A stretch of DNA of 63,790 bases from Mustelus asterias. Lineage: Eukaryota. The notes beneath the pieces were generated by a model, which saw only the letters and a program-made list of their open reading frames with translations, ran no database searches and was not told where the DNA came from. The stretch lies in assembly GCF_964213995.1 (NCBI RefSeq), contig NW_027590628.1:1-63790 (forward strand), given 5' to 3'. Position 1 is the stretch's first letter, and each line of letters opens with the position of its first letter. Shown here piece by piece: positions 49,419-62,420 of this stretch. The position numbers were made by a program, and so were the translations under genes.

Positions 49419-50348
49419 ATGGCTTCAGGGATGGCAGTTCAGGCAGTATGCTGCATCTCCTGTGGGATGTATGTGGTGAGGAAATCCAGTAGTGTTTCAG
49501 GAGATTTTAGTTGTAAGAAGTGCATTAGATTGCAGCTTCTGGAGGAGCGTGTAAAGGAGCTGGAGGGGGAGGTAGAGGAACTCCGCATAATTCGGGAGGC
49601 GGAGGTGGAAGTTGATAGGAGTTATAGAGAAATAGTAACTCCTAGAAATGAGGCTTGGGTCAATGCCAGGAGGAGGGGTAAGAAGCAATCGGGAAGACAA
49701 TCCCCTGGGGCGGTTCCCCTCCATAATAGGTTTTCGGTGCTGGAGGCTACAGTTGAGGAGGAATCAACTGAGCATAGAGAGCAGATCTCTGGGGGTGAGC
49801 CGAGTGAGAAAGCTCAGGTGGTTAGGGGCTGTAAAAGACTGGGCCTTGTGATTGGGGACTCCACAATTAAGGGGACAGATAGGAGGGTCGGAACTAAAGG
49901 TAGGGACTCAGGGTTGGTGTGTTGCCTACCAGGGGCTGGGGTCCGGGATGTGTCTGACAGGGTATTCAGGACTCTTAGGGGGGAGGGAGATAAACCACAA
50001 GTTATTGTACATGTGGGGACACACGACATAGGGAGGATAGGGGAAGGGGATATTAGGCAGGGATTTATGGAGTTGGGGTGGAAACTAAAGGCCAAGACTG
50101 ACAGAGTGGTTATCTCTGGACTCTTGCCTGTACCACGGGATAGTTTAGAGAGGAATAGGGAGAGGGAAGGTTTGAATTCATGGCTGAGGGGATGGTGCAG
50201 GAGGGAGGGGTTCAGGTACTTAAGCAATTGGGGCTCGTACTGGGGAAGGTGTGACCTCTATGAGAAGGATGGTCTACACCTTAATCAGAAGGGGACCAAT
50301 ATCCTGGGGGGTAAATTTGCTAAGGCCATGCAGGGAGGTTTAAACTGA
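49419..50348 (+). CDS. CR1 ORF1: N-terminal CxxC/CxxC zinc finger, coiled coil, SGNH/GDSL esterase domain
   Basis: CISC...CKKC, LEERVKELEGEVEEL, IGDS, HVGTHD, DGLHLN. First ATG at 49419. Confidence 0.92.
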   Translation: MASGMAVQAVCCISCGMYVVRKSSSVSGDFSCKKCIRLQLLEERVKELEGEVEELRIIREAEVEVDRSYREIVTPRNEAWVNARRRGKKQSGRQSPGAVPLHNRFSVLEATVEEESTEHREQISGGEPSEKAQVVRGCKRLGLVIGDSTIKGTDRRVGTKGRDSGLVCCLPGAGVRDVSDRVFRTLRGEGDKPQVIVHVGTHDIGRIGEGDIRQGFMELGWKLKAKTDRVVISGLLPVPRDSLERNREREGLNSWLRGWCRREGFRYLSNWGSYWGRCDLYEKDGLHLNQKGTNILGGKFAKAMQGGLN

Positions 50349-50398
50349 TTCGGGGGGGGGGAGGGATCCTGAGTAGTGGGGCTGAAAGTGAGGGATGC

Positions 50399-53218
50399 AT
50401 GGATGGGGACTGCAATGCACGGCATTGCAGAGGTGGGGTGGAGCAGGGTTTGAAATGTGTATACTTCAATGCCAGGAGTATTCGCAATAAAGTGGGTGAA
50501 CTTGCAGCGTGGATCAGTACCTGGGACTTCGATGTTGTGGCTATTTCAGAGACATGGATAGAGCAGGGGCAGGAATGGATGCTGCAGGTCCCGGGGTTCA
50601 AATGTTTTAGTCGAAGTAGGGAAGGAGGTAGAAGAGGGGGAGGGGTAGCATTATTGGTCAGAGATTGTATCACAGTGTCAGAGAGGAGGTTTGATGAGGA
50701 CTTATCTGTTGAGGTAGTATGGGCGGAGATTAGAAATAGGAGAGGAGAGGTCACCCTGTTGGGAGTCTTTTATAGACCTCCTAAAAGTTCTAGAGAGGTT
50801 GAGGAAAGGATTGCGGAGTCAATCCTGCTTAGGAGTGAAAGTAATAGGGCAATTGTTATGGGGGATTTTAACTTGACTAATATTGACTGGAATTGTTATA
50901 GCTCTAGCTCGTTAGAGGGGTCAGTTTTTGTTCAAAGCGTGCAGGAAGGTTTTTTGACTCAGTATGTAGACAGGCCAACTAGAGGTGAGGCTATATTGGA
51001 TCTGGTGCTGGGAAATGAGCCAGACCAGGTGCTAGACTTGGAAGTTGGTGTGCATTTTGGTGATAGTGACCACAATTCGGTTACGTTCACCTTAGTGATG
51101 GAAAGGGATAGGCATGAACCTCGGGCCAGTGGTTTTAGCTGGGGGAAGGGTAATTATGAGGCTATTAGGAGAGAATTAGGAAACATAGGTTGGACTAGGA
51201 GATTACAGGGACTGGGAACGTCCGACATGTGGAGTTTTTTCAAGGAGCAGCTACTGCGAGTCTGTGATAGGTATGTCCCTGTCAGGCAAGGAGGAATTGG
51301 TAGGGCTAGGGAACCGTGGTGCACCAAAAAAGTTTCTTTGTTGGTTAAAAAGAAAAAGGAGGCTTATGTTCGGATGAGACGTGAGCACTCGGGTAGTGCA
51401 CTAGAAAGCTTTAGATTGGCTAAGAGGGAGTTGAAGAGCGAGCTTAGAAGGGCTAAAAGGGGACATGAGAAGACTTTGGCGGATAGGGTTAAAGAGAATC
51501 CTAAGGCGTTCTATAGGTATGTCAAGAACAGAAGGTTGGTTAGGGCAAGTTTAGGGCCAGTTATAGATGGCAGAGGGAAGTTATGTGTGGAACCGGAGGA
51601 GATTGGTGAAGCATTGAACCAATATTTCTCTTCGGTGTTCACGCAAGGGGACATGAATATAGCTGAGGAGGACACTGGGTTGCAAGGGAGTAGAATAGAC
51701 AGTATTACAGTTGATAAGGAGGATGTGCAGGATATTCTGGAGGGTCTGAAAATAGATAAATCCCCTGGTCCGGATGGGATTTATCCAAGGATTCTCTGGG
51801 AGGCAAGAGAAGTGATTGCAGAGCCTCTGGCTCTGATCTTCAGGTCGTCGTTGGCCTCTGGTATAGTACCAGAAGATTGGAGGTTAGCGAATGTTGTCCC
51901 ATTGTTTAAGAAGGGGAACAGAGACTTCCCCGGGAATTATAGACCGGTGAGTCTCACTTCTGTTGTCGGCAAGATGTTGGAAAAAATTATAAGGGATAGG
52001 ATTTATAGTTATTTGGAGAGTAATGAATTGATAGGTGATAGTCAGCATGGTTTTGTGGCAGGTAGGTCGTGCCTTACTAACCTTATTGAGTTTTTTGAGA
52101 AAGTGACCAAGGAGGTGGATGGGGGCAAGGCAGTGGACGTGGTATATATGGATTTTAGTAAGGCGTTTGATAAGGTTCACCATGGTAGGCTTCTGCAGAA
52201 AATGCAGATGTATGGGATTGGGGGTGATCTAGGAAATTGGATCAGGAATTGGCTAGCGGATAGGAAACAGAGGGTGGTGGTTGATAGTAAATATTCATCA
52301 TGGAGTGCGGTTACAAGTGGTGTACCTCAGGGATCTGTTTTGGGGCCACTGCTGTTTGTAATATTTATTAATGATCTGGATGAGGGTATAGTTGGGTGGA
52401 TTAGCAAATTTGCTGATGACACCAAAGTCGGTGGTGTGGTAGACAGTGAGGAAGGGTGTCGTAGTTTGCAGGAAGACTTAGACAGGTTGCAAAGTTGGGC
52501 CGAGAGGTGGCGGATGGAGTTTAATGCGGAGAAGTGTGAGGTAATTCACTTTGGTAGGAATAACAGATGTGTTGAGTATAGGGCTAACGGGAGGACTTTG
52601 AATAGTGTGGAGGAGCAGAGGGATCTGGGTGTATGTGTGCATAGATCCCTGAAAGTTGGGAATCAAGTAGATAAGGTTGTTAAGAAGGCATATGGTGTCT
52701 TGGCGTTTATTGGTAGGGGGATTGAATTTAGGAGGCGTAGCGTTATGTTGCAACTGTACACAACTCTGGTGCGGCCGCACTTGGAGTACTGTGTGCAGTT
52801 CTGGTCCCCACATTACAGGAAGGATGTGGAGGCTTTGGAGAGGGTGCAGAGGAGGTTTACCAGGATGTTGCCTGGTATGGAGGGGAGATCCTATGAGGAG
52901 AGGCTGAGGGATTTGGGATTGTTTTCGCTGGAAAGGCGGCGGCTGAGAGGGGATCTTATTGAAACATATAAGATGATTAGAGGTTTAGATAGGGTGGATA
53001 GTGATAGCCTTTTTCCTCTGATGGAGAAATCCAGCACGAGGGGGCATGGCTTTAAGTTGAGGGGGGGTAGTTATAGAACCGATGTCAGGGGTAGGTTCTT
53101 TACCCAGAGGGTGGTGAGGGATTGGAATGCCCTGCCAGCATCAGTAGTAAATGCGCCTAGTTTGGGGGCGTTTAAGAGATCCGTAGATAGGTTCATGGAC
53201 GAAAAGAAATTGGTTTAG
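50399..53218 (+). CDS. CR1 ORF2: APE endonuclease plus reverse transcriptase
   Basis: YFNARSI, ISETW, GDFN, SDHN; [14 protein letters not shown]. 939 aa uninterrupted. Confidence 0.97.
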   Translation: MDGDCNARHCRGGVEQGLKCVYFNARSIRNKVGELAAWISTWDFDVVAISETWIEQGQEWMLQVPGFKCFSRSREGGRRGGGVALLVRDCITVSERRFDEDLSVEVVWAEIRNRRGEVTLLGVFYRPPKSSREVEERIAESILLRSESNRAIVMGDFNLTNIDWNCYSSSSLEGSVFVQSVQEGFLTQYVDRPTRGEAILDLVLGNEPDQVLDLEVGVHFGDSDHNSVTFTLVMERDRHEPRASGFSWGKGNYEAIRRELGNIGWTRRLQGLGTSDMWSFFKEQLLRVCDRYVPVRQGGIGRAREPWCTKKVSLLVKKKKEAYVRMRREHSGSALESFRLAKRELKSELRRAKRGHEKTLADRVKENPKAFYRYVKNRRLVRASLGPVIDGRGKLCVEPEEIGEALNQYFSSVFTQGDMNIAEEDTGLQGSRIDSITVDKEDVQDILEGLKIDKSPGPDGIYPRILWEAREVIAEPLALIFRSSLASGIVPEDWRLANVVPLFKKGNRDFPGNYRPVSLTSVVGKMLEKIIRDRIYSYLESNELIGDSQHGFVAGRSCLTNLIEFFEKVTKEVDGGKAVDVVYMDFSKAFDKVHHGRLLQKMQMYGIGGDLGNWIRNWLADRKQRVVVDSKYSSWSAVTSGVPQGSVLGPLLFVIFINDLDEGIVGWISKFADDTKVGGVVDSEEGCRSLQEDLDRLQSWAERWRMEFNAEKCEVIHFGRNNRCVEYRANGRTLNSVEEQRDLGVCVHRSLKVGNQVDKVVKKAYGVLAFIGRGIEFRRRSVMLQLYTTLVRPHLEYCVQFWSPHYRKDVEALERVQRRFTRMLPGMEGRSYEERLRDLGLFSLERRRLRGDLIETYKMIRGLDRVDSDSLFPLMEKSSTRGHGFKLRGGSYRTDVRGRFFTQRVVRDWNALPASVVNAPSLGAFKRSVDRFMDEKKLV

Positions 53219-54059
53219 GTTGGAGGGTCACAGTTTTTTTTTAACTGGTCGGTGCAACATCGTGGGCCGAAGGGCCTGTTCTGCGCTGTAATGTTCTATG
53301 TTCTATGTTCTATTGTGAATATTACTGAGTTTGGGATGTAATATTTTCCTGCTGTTGCCAATATGGCTATTTTTAACATAGTTTCTGGGATCCTCCAGTC
53401 TCCCCTCAGCAGCTTTCTGGGCAGTGAGAGGTGACACACCGTTCACTAGCAGAGGGAGTTTTTGGTCCTGTCGCTGTCAATGGGATTTCCCATTGAAGTC
53501 ACCTCACGCTAGCAGGAAACCAGAGGCAGGGGAACGAGAGCAGAGAATTCCCCACGAGTGAACAGCCGGAGAATCCCGGACATTCGCTCCTTTCCCAGTG
53601 ATCACTGCACTCAACCCAGTCGCTGTTTATACGCTCAGTTGTCTCAGTGAATACTACATTACACCATGCTGCTGTGGACACTACAATCAACCCTTTTTGA
53701 GTTCTCACTGTATTAATACCATGTATGGATTGATATTTCATTGGACAATGTGCTGGGTTAGATGAATATTTATTGATTCTTGTGATGTGGGTGTCACTGG
53801 CTAGGTCAGCATTTATTGCCCATTCCTAGTTGCCCTGGAGAAGGTGGTGATGAGCTGCCGTCTTGAACCCGCTGCTGTCTATGTGGTGTAGGTACACCAA
53901 CAGTGCTGTTAGGGAGGGGACCTGCTTAAATTATCACTGCATTTAACCATGTCACTCTTTATAAAGAATAAACTAGACCATGTCTGGGGAATGAATGTGG
54001 AGCATGTCTCCATTTCTCTTTACCTCAGCACTGTATCTGTGTATATAACACTTTATACA

Positions 54060-54355
54060 GTTTCAATGTTATTTATTAGTGTCACAAGTAGGCTTACATT
54101 AACAGTGCAATGAAGTTGCTGTGAAAATCCCCTAGTTGCCACACTCCGGCGCTGTTCGGCTTCACTGAGGGAGAATTTAGCACGGCCAATCCACCGAACA
54201 GCATGTCTTTCAGACTGTGGGAGGAAACCGGAGCACTCGGAGGAAACCCAGACACGGGGAGAACATGCAGACTCCACACATACAGTGACGCAAGTCGGGA
54301 ATCGAACCCGGGTCCCTGGCGCTGAGAGGCTGCAGTGCTAACCACTGTGCCACCC
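54060..54355 (-). mobile_element. V-SINE, non-CR1 tail
   Basis: Same family as 39350-39650, reverse orientation. Confidence 0.88.
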
Positions 54356-56249
54356 CTATAAACTAGATACAGTTTCTCTTCTTAATGCATGGGGCCATCC
54401 CTCTGTATATACTACAATTGGTCTTTACTTAGTTATTGCTTCACTCAACTGTGTCACTGTTTCCAATGCACTCAGTGAAGTCACAGTTATTAACGCACGC
54501 AGCCATGCCTCTATCTACACCACACCCGACAATTTCTAAGCTGTTGCTGCACTTCCCCAGGAATAGATTTGATCTGTTTCTCTTACATTCAGCATCATCG
54601 GAGATACTGCTGTGTTCGGCCTTGTTTCATTCATTACTCAACTCACCTGTGTCTCAGTTTTATTTTACACAAGTTCCTGTCTTTCTTATTCCTACATTCT
54701 ACCCTGTTTCAGTTGTTACTGCACTGAAAAATCTCTCTGTTAGGTAGACAGAGAAAGAGAGTCAGCTGGATGGATAGACAAATATTCCTTTCAAGTTATA
54801 TATTTGTGTGGGTCAGCTGGTGCCACCACTCTTGTTTGGAACAGTTTTTGTTTGGTCTTGTTACCAGCTATTGGGTGTTGTGTGAAATGTCCAATTGCTC
54901 CAGTATTGTGTGTGTAATATTGGTGTTGAAAGATTGGGTGAATTTCGCTCGAGTCTCTTGGAGATGAGCAGAAATTGAGGAAGGGAAATAAAGTTGAACA
55001 TCGGTAAAGGGAAAGTGACCACAGTCCCAGATGACGATCTGCTGCTCTCCCCTTTGAGGGGGAGAACTCACTGGCGGTGATTTACCACACCTCAGGCCAG
55101 GGGAAAGGTTGAAAGGGTTGGGCTTTCATGACGTGTTGGAGACTTTGTGCATCTCAGACCAGCTGTCCAGCCAACTGAGTGAACCAACTTCCATATTGCC
55201 ACATTTCAATGCATGTTGCACAACCTGGTCACAAACTATTGCATTGGAGATTACTCACTGATATTGGGATTGATCTGTGACAATTCTCACAGTCGCATAT
55301 GTGTGTGTGTTTGTGTGTGTATGTTTCTGTCTGTGTGCATGTTAGTGGATATGTTTTTATAGATTCCCAGAGAGAGAGAGAGAGCGAGAGATGCAGAGAC
55401 CAACAGATGACAGGGTCAAGGAGAGTGAGAGAAAGAGAGAGCCAGATTGAGAGAGGCACTGAGAGACAATGTCTGTCCAAATCCTCTTGAAGCCACTTTG
55501 CATTTTCCTCACAACTCACATTCCCACCGAGCTTTGTATCAACCGCAAACTTGGAAATATTACATTAGGTCCCCACATCCAAATCATTGATAAACATTGT
55601 GAACATCTGGGAACAAAGTCCAGATCCTTGTGGCACAGCCGGCCGACACAAGACGGAGAAATCATCTGGCCGGGAACACAACAGCGACATTTTTCAGGGA
55701 AGCTTGGAGCCAGCTGTGTCTCAGTGGATCATAATCTGACCTCAGAATCATTCCATTGTGGCTTCAGTTACAGCATCAAATTCTCGGCCAGGCTGGAAAA
55801 CAAATCACTCCTCAAATCCCCAAATAAAACGTTCTGGGATCTGAACTTAAAATGCTGTAACTGATCATGGAGGAAAGAGTGGGGTCTAATAGACACTGAG
55901 AAGATAACTTGCATCTGAATCATAGAACGGTGACAGCACAGGAGGCCATTCAGCCCCATCAAGCCAGTGCGACACTCTGCAAGAGCAATGTCACTATTCC
56001 CACTCCTCCACCCTTTCCCCGTGACCCTGTAAATATTTCCCCTTCAGCTTCCCATTCAACTTCTCCTGGAAGTCCTTGATGGAATCTGCTTCCACCTCAC
56101 GCTCAGACAGTACATTCCAGATACTGGACACTCACTACGTTAGAAACATTTCCTCATGTTGCCGCTGTCGCCATTTACCTGAATTCAGCATCCTCTGGTT
56201 TTCAACCTTTCCCCCAATGTGCCGATTATCTCAAAGCCAATTCTCTCAG

Positions 56250-56410
56250 TCCCGGGACGTCCCTGCAGGAGTTCCTCAGGGTGAGTGTCCGAGGCCCCAA
56301 CCATCTTCAGCTGCTCCATCACTGACCTTCCCTCCATCACAAGGTCTGAAGTGGGGATGTTCGCTGATGATTGCACAATGTTCAGCACCATACGCAACTC
56401 CTCAGATACT
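56250..56410 (+). mobile_element. Degenerate LINE reverse transcriptase fragment
   Basis: GVPQG...PTIFSCSITDLPS...VGMFADD across a frameshift. Confidence 0.75.
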
Positions 56411-57214
56411 GAAACAGAAAATAAGAACATACCAAACAGGTCAGGCAGCATCTGTGGAGAGAGAAACAGATTCTGGGACCAGGGGGACTGAGAGACAGGC
56501 AGATTGAGAAAAATATGCACACACACTAACACTCACACTCAGACAGCCTAAAACTAAACAGATATATAATGGAGGAGGAATCCCTTCTCCCTCTGTAAAT
56601 AGAGATTAACTAGATTTCTCTTCCAAAAAGACAGCACATCTGGATGGGCAGAATAGTCTCCAATTCTACCCATGGTCCTTTTCTGATCTCCATTCTTCAC
56701 ATCTGCACACGTTGGCTTCAGCTCCAGTTTGTGAATGAAAGCAAACCCCTGTTCATTACAAATCCACTCAGCCTTTTCCCTCTGCTCTCTCCACACACAA
56801 TCTACAAGACACAAACAGGAAACATGGATTCCAGGAGAGAAAGGTCACACCTGATCCTCCTCTCAATGGATTCTCTGTCGCCAGAGAGAACATTCCAGCT
56901 CCTACAGAAAGTCACAACTGATTCATGTCAGGGACAGAATTGGAATGAATTAGACACAAGAGAGATGAAAGGTTTCTGCTCATCATAAAAAGCTAAAGAG
57001 TCACTCAATGTCATTAAGGGAGAGACCTCGCTGGTCTATCTTTGACCCAAGTCACACACTGACTCTGAATGTCCTCACAGCAACTTGGGGGATGGACATT
57101 TCTAAAGTACTATTCATGGCTTTAGGGTTTCCAAAAGTGTTTCACCGACAATGGAGCGCTTTTGAAATGTTGTCAGTGTTATTTAGGAAATAAGCAAAAT
57201 TTTGACGCCACACG

Positions 57215-60200
57215 CATTGAGTTTAAAAATTGGCAAGCCATGTTGCAGCTTTATAGAACCATTGTTAGGCCGCACTTGGAATATAGTGTTCAATTCTGGT
57301 TGCCACACTACTAGAAGGATGTGCAGGCTTTGGAGACGGTACAGAAAAGATTTACCAGGATGTTGCCTGGTATGGAGGGCATTAGCTATGAGGAGAGTTT
57401 GGAGAAACTTGGTTTGTTCTCACTGGAATGACAGAGGCAAGGGGGGTGACCTGATAGAAGTCTACAAGATTATGAGAGGCATGGACAGAGTGGATAGTCA
57501 GGAGCTTTTTCCCAGGGTTGAAGAGTCAATTACTCGGGGGCACAGGTTTAAGGTGTGAGGGGCAAGGTTTAAAGGAGACGTACGAGGCAAGTTTTTTACA
57601 CAGAGGGTGGTGGTGCCTGGAACTCGCTGCTGGGAGAGGGAGTGGAAGCAGATACAATAATGAGTTTTAAGGGGCGTCTGGAGAAATACAAGAATAGGAT
57701 GGGAATAGAGGGATATGGTCCCTGGAAGGGTCGGTGTTTTTAGTTCACACATGGTTGGTGCAGGCTTGGAGGGCCGAAGGGCCTGTTCTTGTGCTGTAAT
57801 TTTCTTTATTCTAATTTCAGAGAGAGATATATACAGATACAGAGCCATAGAGAGACAGAAACAGGATGGGATTGTGCTGTACATGTTTCCGAGCTGACAT
57901 TGAGACACACACGAGATGTACACCAATGATTTGGATGAGGGAACCAAAAATAATATTTCCAAGTTTGCTGATGCCATGAAACTTGTTGGGAATGTGAGTA
58001 GTGAGAAGGATGTTAAAATGTTTCACAGTGACTTCAGAAAATTGAGTGAATGGGTAAATGCACGGCAGATGCTGTATAACGTGGACAAACGAGAATTTAA
58101 CTACTTCGGACAGAGAAGCAGAATGGCAGAGGGTTATTTAAATGGTGATAGATTGGGAAATGTTGATATACAAAGGGACCTGGGTGTCCCAGTACACCAG
58201 AGACTGAAAGCAAGCATGCAGCTACAGCAAACAGTTAGGAAGGCAAATGATATGTTGGCCTTCATTGCAAGAGAACTTGAGGAAAGGGGCAAGGATGTCT
58301 TACTGCAGCTGTACAGGCCCTCGGTGAGACCACACCTGGAATATTGTGTACAGTTTTTGTCTCTGTAACTATGAAATGCTGCACTTACCATAGAGGGAGA
58401 GCAGCGGAGGCACACCAGACTGATTCCTGGGATGGCAGGATTGTCGTATGAGGAGAGATTGAGTCGACTGGGCCTGTATTCAATGGAGTTCCGAAGAATG
58501 AGAGGGGGTCGAATTGAAATGTGTAAATTCTGACTGGGCTGGAGTGACTGAATACAGGGATGTTGTTTCCTCCAGCTGAGGGGCTGAGGGGGTGGGGAGA
58601 GGGGGGGGGGGGGGGGCGGGGGAGAGGCTGGAACAAGGGGTCACAGATGGTGAAACTTTGCAATATGTTTAATCTGTAGAAACCGATCCATCTCAGTCTG
58701 TGAACGATGACTGAGCCTCCACAGCCCCCTGGGACAGGGAATTCCAAAGATTTACCATCCTGCAAGCACATGGAATTCAGGAAAACTTGGCGAGATGGAT
58801 CGGAAACTGGTTTAGTAATTGGACACAAAGGGTGGTGTTGGAAGGCTGTTTGAGTGGCTGGAGGCCGGTGTCCAGTGGTGCACCACAAGGCTCCGTGCTG
58901 GGGGGCTTATTGTTGTTATACATAAATGAGACAGATGATAATGTGGGGGCAATGATAAGCAAGGTTCCAGATGACACCAAGATTGGTAGGATGGTTAATA
59001 GTGAAGAAGGTTGTAGGTTACAGGAAGATATCGCTGGGTTGGTCAGATAGGCAGAGCAGTGGCAGATGGTATTTGACCCTGATCGGTGCGAGGTGATGCA
59101 CTTTGGAAGCAGTAACAAGGCAAGGGAGTATTTAATGAGTTGCAGGACACTGGGAAGCTCAGAGGAACATATGGATCTTGGGCAATTATTCACAGATCCC
59201 TGAAGGCAGCAGAGCAGGTGAATCAAGTGGTAAAGAAGGCAGATGAGACACTTGCTTTTATCAGTCATGGCGCAGAGTAGAAGAGCAAAGAGTTAATGTT
59301 GGAGTTGTACAGAGCGTTGGTTAGGCCACAGCTGGAGTACCGTGTGCAGATCTGGTCACCACACCAGAGGAAGGATATGATAGCACTAGAGGGGGTACAG
59401 AGGAGGCTCAGCAGCAAGTTGCCTGGGATGGAGTATTTGAGCTATAAGGAGAGACTGGATAGGTTTGGATTGTTTTCTTTAGAGCAGAGAAGGCTGATTG
59501 AGGTGTGTAAGATTATGAGGGGTATGGACAGGGTGAATAGGAAACAGCTGTTCCCCTTGGTTGAGAGGTCAATCATGAGGGGACATAGTTTTAGGGCAAA
59601 GGGCAGGAGATTCAGAGGAGAGTTGAGAAAAACATTCACTCAGAGGGTGATGGGAATCAGGAATGTACTGCCTGGGAAGGCAGTGGAGGTCGGAAACCTT
59701 ACAACCTTTCAAAAGCATTTGGATGAGCACTTGAAACATCACAACATTCAAAGATATGGTACAAGAGATGGAAAGTTGGATGAGCACAACTTTAGTGGTA
59801 GTTACTGTTGGTGCAGACTCATTGGGTCGAAGGGCCTTTTCTTCACTGTACCACTCTATGACTCTGAGGGAAGAAATTCCTCCTCACAGAAAGCAGAGAG
59901 TCGGAATAAATGGGTGCTTTTCTGGTTGGCGGATGGTAACTAGTGGCGTGCCGCAGGGATCGGTACTGGGGCCTCAACTATTTACCATTTATATAGACGA
60001 TCTGGAGGAGGGGGATTGAGTGTAGGGTAACAAAGTTTGCAGACGACACAAAGATAAGTGGAAAAGTGAATCGTGTGGAGGGAGTAGAAGGTCTGCAGAG
60101 AGATTTGGACAGGCTGAGTGAGTGGGCGAGGATCTGGCAGATGGAGTATAACGTTGACAAATGCGAGGTTATTCACTTTGGAGGAAATAATAGTAAATTG

Positions 60201-62420
60201 GATTATTATCTAAATGGAAAAAAATTACAACATGCTGCTGTGCAGAGGGACCTGGGGGTCCTTGTGCATGAGACGCAAAAACCCAGTCTGCAGGTGCAAC
60301 AGGTGATCAAGAAGGCAAACGGGATGTTGGCATTTATCGCGAGGGGGATAGAATATAAAAGCAGAGATGACTTGCTGCATCTGTACAGGGCATTGGTGAG
60401 GCCGCAGCTGGAATACTGTGTGCAGTATTGGTCCCCTTATTTGCGGAAGGATATATTGGCCTTGGAGGGAGTGCAGAGAAGGTTCACCAGGTTGATACCA
60501 GAGATGAGGGGTGTTCATTATCAGGAGAGACTGATGGAAACATCCTTCCTGTATCTACTCAGCTAATGTTTGGGGGTTGGGGAGAGTTATAGAACAAAGA
60601 GATCTCGGGGTACAGGTTCATAGCTTCTTGACAGTGGAGTCACAGGTGGACAGAGTGGTGAAGAAGGCATTCAGCATGCTTGGTTTCATTGGTCAGAACA
60701 TTGAATACAGGAGTTGGGACGTCTTGTTGGAGTTGTACAAGACATTGTTAAGGCCACGCTGGGAATACTGTGTACAGTTCTGGTCACCCTATTTTAGAAT
60801 GGATATTATTAAACTAGAAAGAGTGCAAAAAAGATTTACTAGGATGCTACCGGGACATGATAGTTTGGGTTTTAAGGAGAGGTTGCACAGACTGGGACTT
60901 TTTTCCCTGTAGCCTAGAAGACTGAGGGGTGATTTTATAGAGGTCTATAAAATAATGAGGGGCATAGATCAGCTAGATAGTCAATATCTTCTCCCAAAGG
61001 TAGGGGAGTCTAAAACTAGAGGGCATAGGTTTAAGGTGAGAGGGGAGAGATACAAAAGGGTCCAGAGGGGCAATTCTTTTCACACAGAGGGTGGTGAGTG
61101 TCTGGAATGAGCTGCCAGAGGTAGTAGTAGAGGCGGGTACAATTTTATGTTTTAAAAAGCATTTAGACAGTTACATGGGTAAGATTGGTATAGAGGGATA
61201 TGGGCGAAACACAGGCAATTGTGATTAGCTTAATGGTAAAAACTGGGCGGCATGGACAAGTTGGGCCAAAGCGCGTTTCCATGCTGTAAACCTCTATGAC
61301 TCGACCCTGCTGAGCCCTGTAAGAATTGTCCAAGTTTGAATGAGGTCACCTCTCATGCTTCTCAAGTGCATAAAGTAAAAGTCCAGTTTATTTTCTTTCC
61401 TCAGAGGACAATCCCTCCATCCCAGGAATTAATGCAGTGAAATGTCATTGAAGTCCCTCTCGGACAAGAATGTATTTCCTTAGGTAAGAGGATAAAACTG
61501 TCCACAACACTCCGTGTGTGGTTTCACCACTAATTCAGCCTCTCCACATCCCCTTGAAGAGTCTACATCCTCCTCACAACTCACACTTCCACCTGCTTTC
61601 ATGTCATCTGCAAACTCGGAAATATTACATTTGATCCCAAACGTCCAAATCAATGATATGGATTGTGAATAGCTGGGCTCCCGAGTACTGATCCTTGTGA
61701 TAAACCGCTGGTCACAGCCTGCCACCCTGAAAATGACCCATTTGTACCTAAGCTCTGTTTTCTGTCCGTTAACCATTTCTCAATTCATGCCAGTGTTATC
61801 AGGGTAAATACGTTGCATCACGGGGATAGGGCCTGGGTGGGAATGTTGTTAGCGCAGGCTCGATGGGCTGTATGGCCTCCTTCTGCACTGTAGGGATTCC
61901 ATGATTCTAATATGTACATACGTCAGTGAAGGTGGCAGGGCTCTTTGAGAGAGCAGTAAATGAAGTATATGGTATCCCAACTTTTATTAATGGAGGAATT
62001 GAGGACAAGAGTAAGGAGTTCATATTGAACTTGTATAAGACACTTGTTAGGCCTCATCTGGAGACTGCGCCCAGTTCTGGGTACCGTACTTGAGGAGGGA
62101 TGTGAAGACATTGGAGAGAGTGCAGAGGAGATTCACAAGAATGATTCCAGGGAATAAGATCCGTAGCTACGAGGGTAGATTGGAGAGGTTGGGACTGTTT
62201 TCCTTGGAGAAAAGAAGGCTGAGGTGAGACTTGAGAGAGAGATTCAAGATCCTAAGGGGTATCAACAGGTTAAAGAGTGAGAAACTCTTCCCTCTCAAGA
62301 GATGGTGATGAACTAGAGGGCACAGATTCTAAATGATGGGGAAATGGATCAGAAGTGAAGTGAGGAAAAGCACTTCATCAAGAGGGTGTTTGGAATCTGG
62401 AACAATCTTCCTGAAAGCCT
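57215..62420 (+). mobile_element. Pile-up of truncated CR1 LINE fragments (mostly plus strand; minus fragment ~61300-61800)
   Basis: Repeated RT/C-terminal motifs (SKFADD, LVRPQLEYCVQ.WSP, LFSLE.RRL) with stops and frameshifts at ~57215-57815, 57916-58580, 58770-59870, 59890-60530, 60560-61300 and 61910-62420. Confidence 0.92.

Larger units (their letters stand above)
49000..53313 (+). mobile_element. Near full-length CR1-clade LINE with two intact ORFs (5' boundary approximate)
   Basis: ORF1, ORF2 and a short 3' UTR ending GGGCCGAAGGGCCTGTTCTGCGCTGTAATG(TTCTATG)n. Confidence 0.95.
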
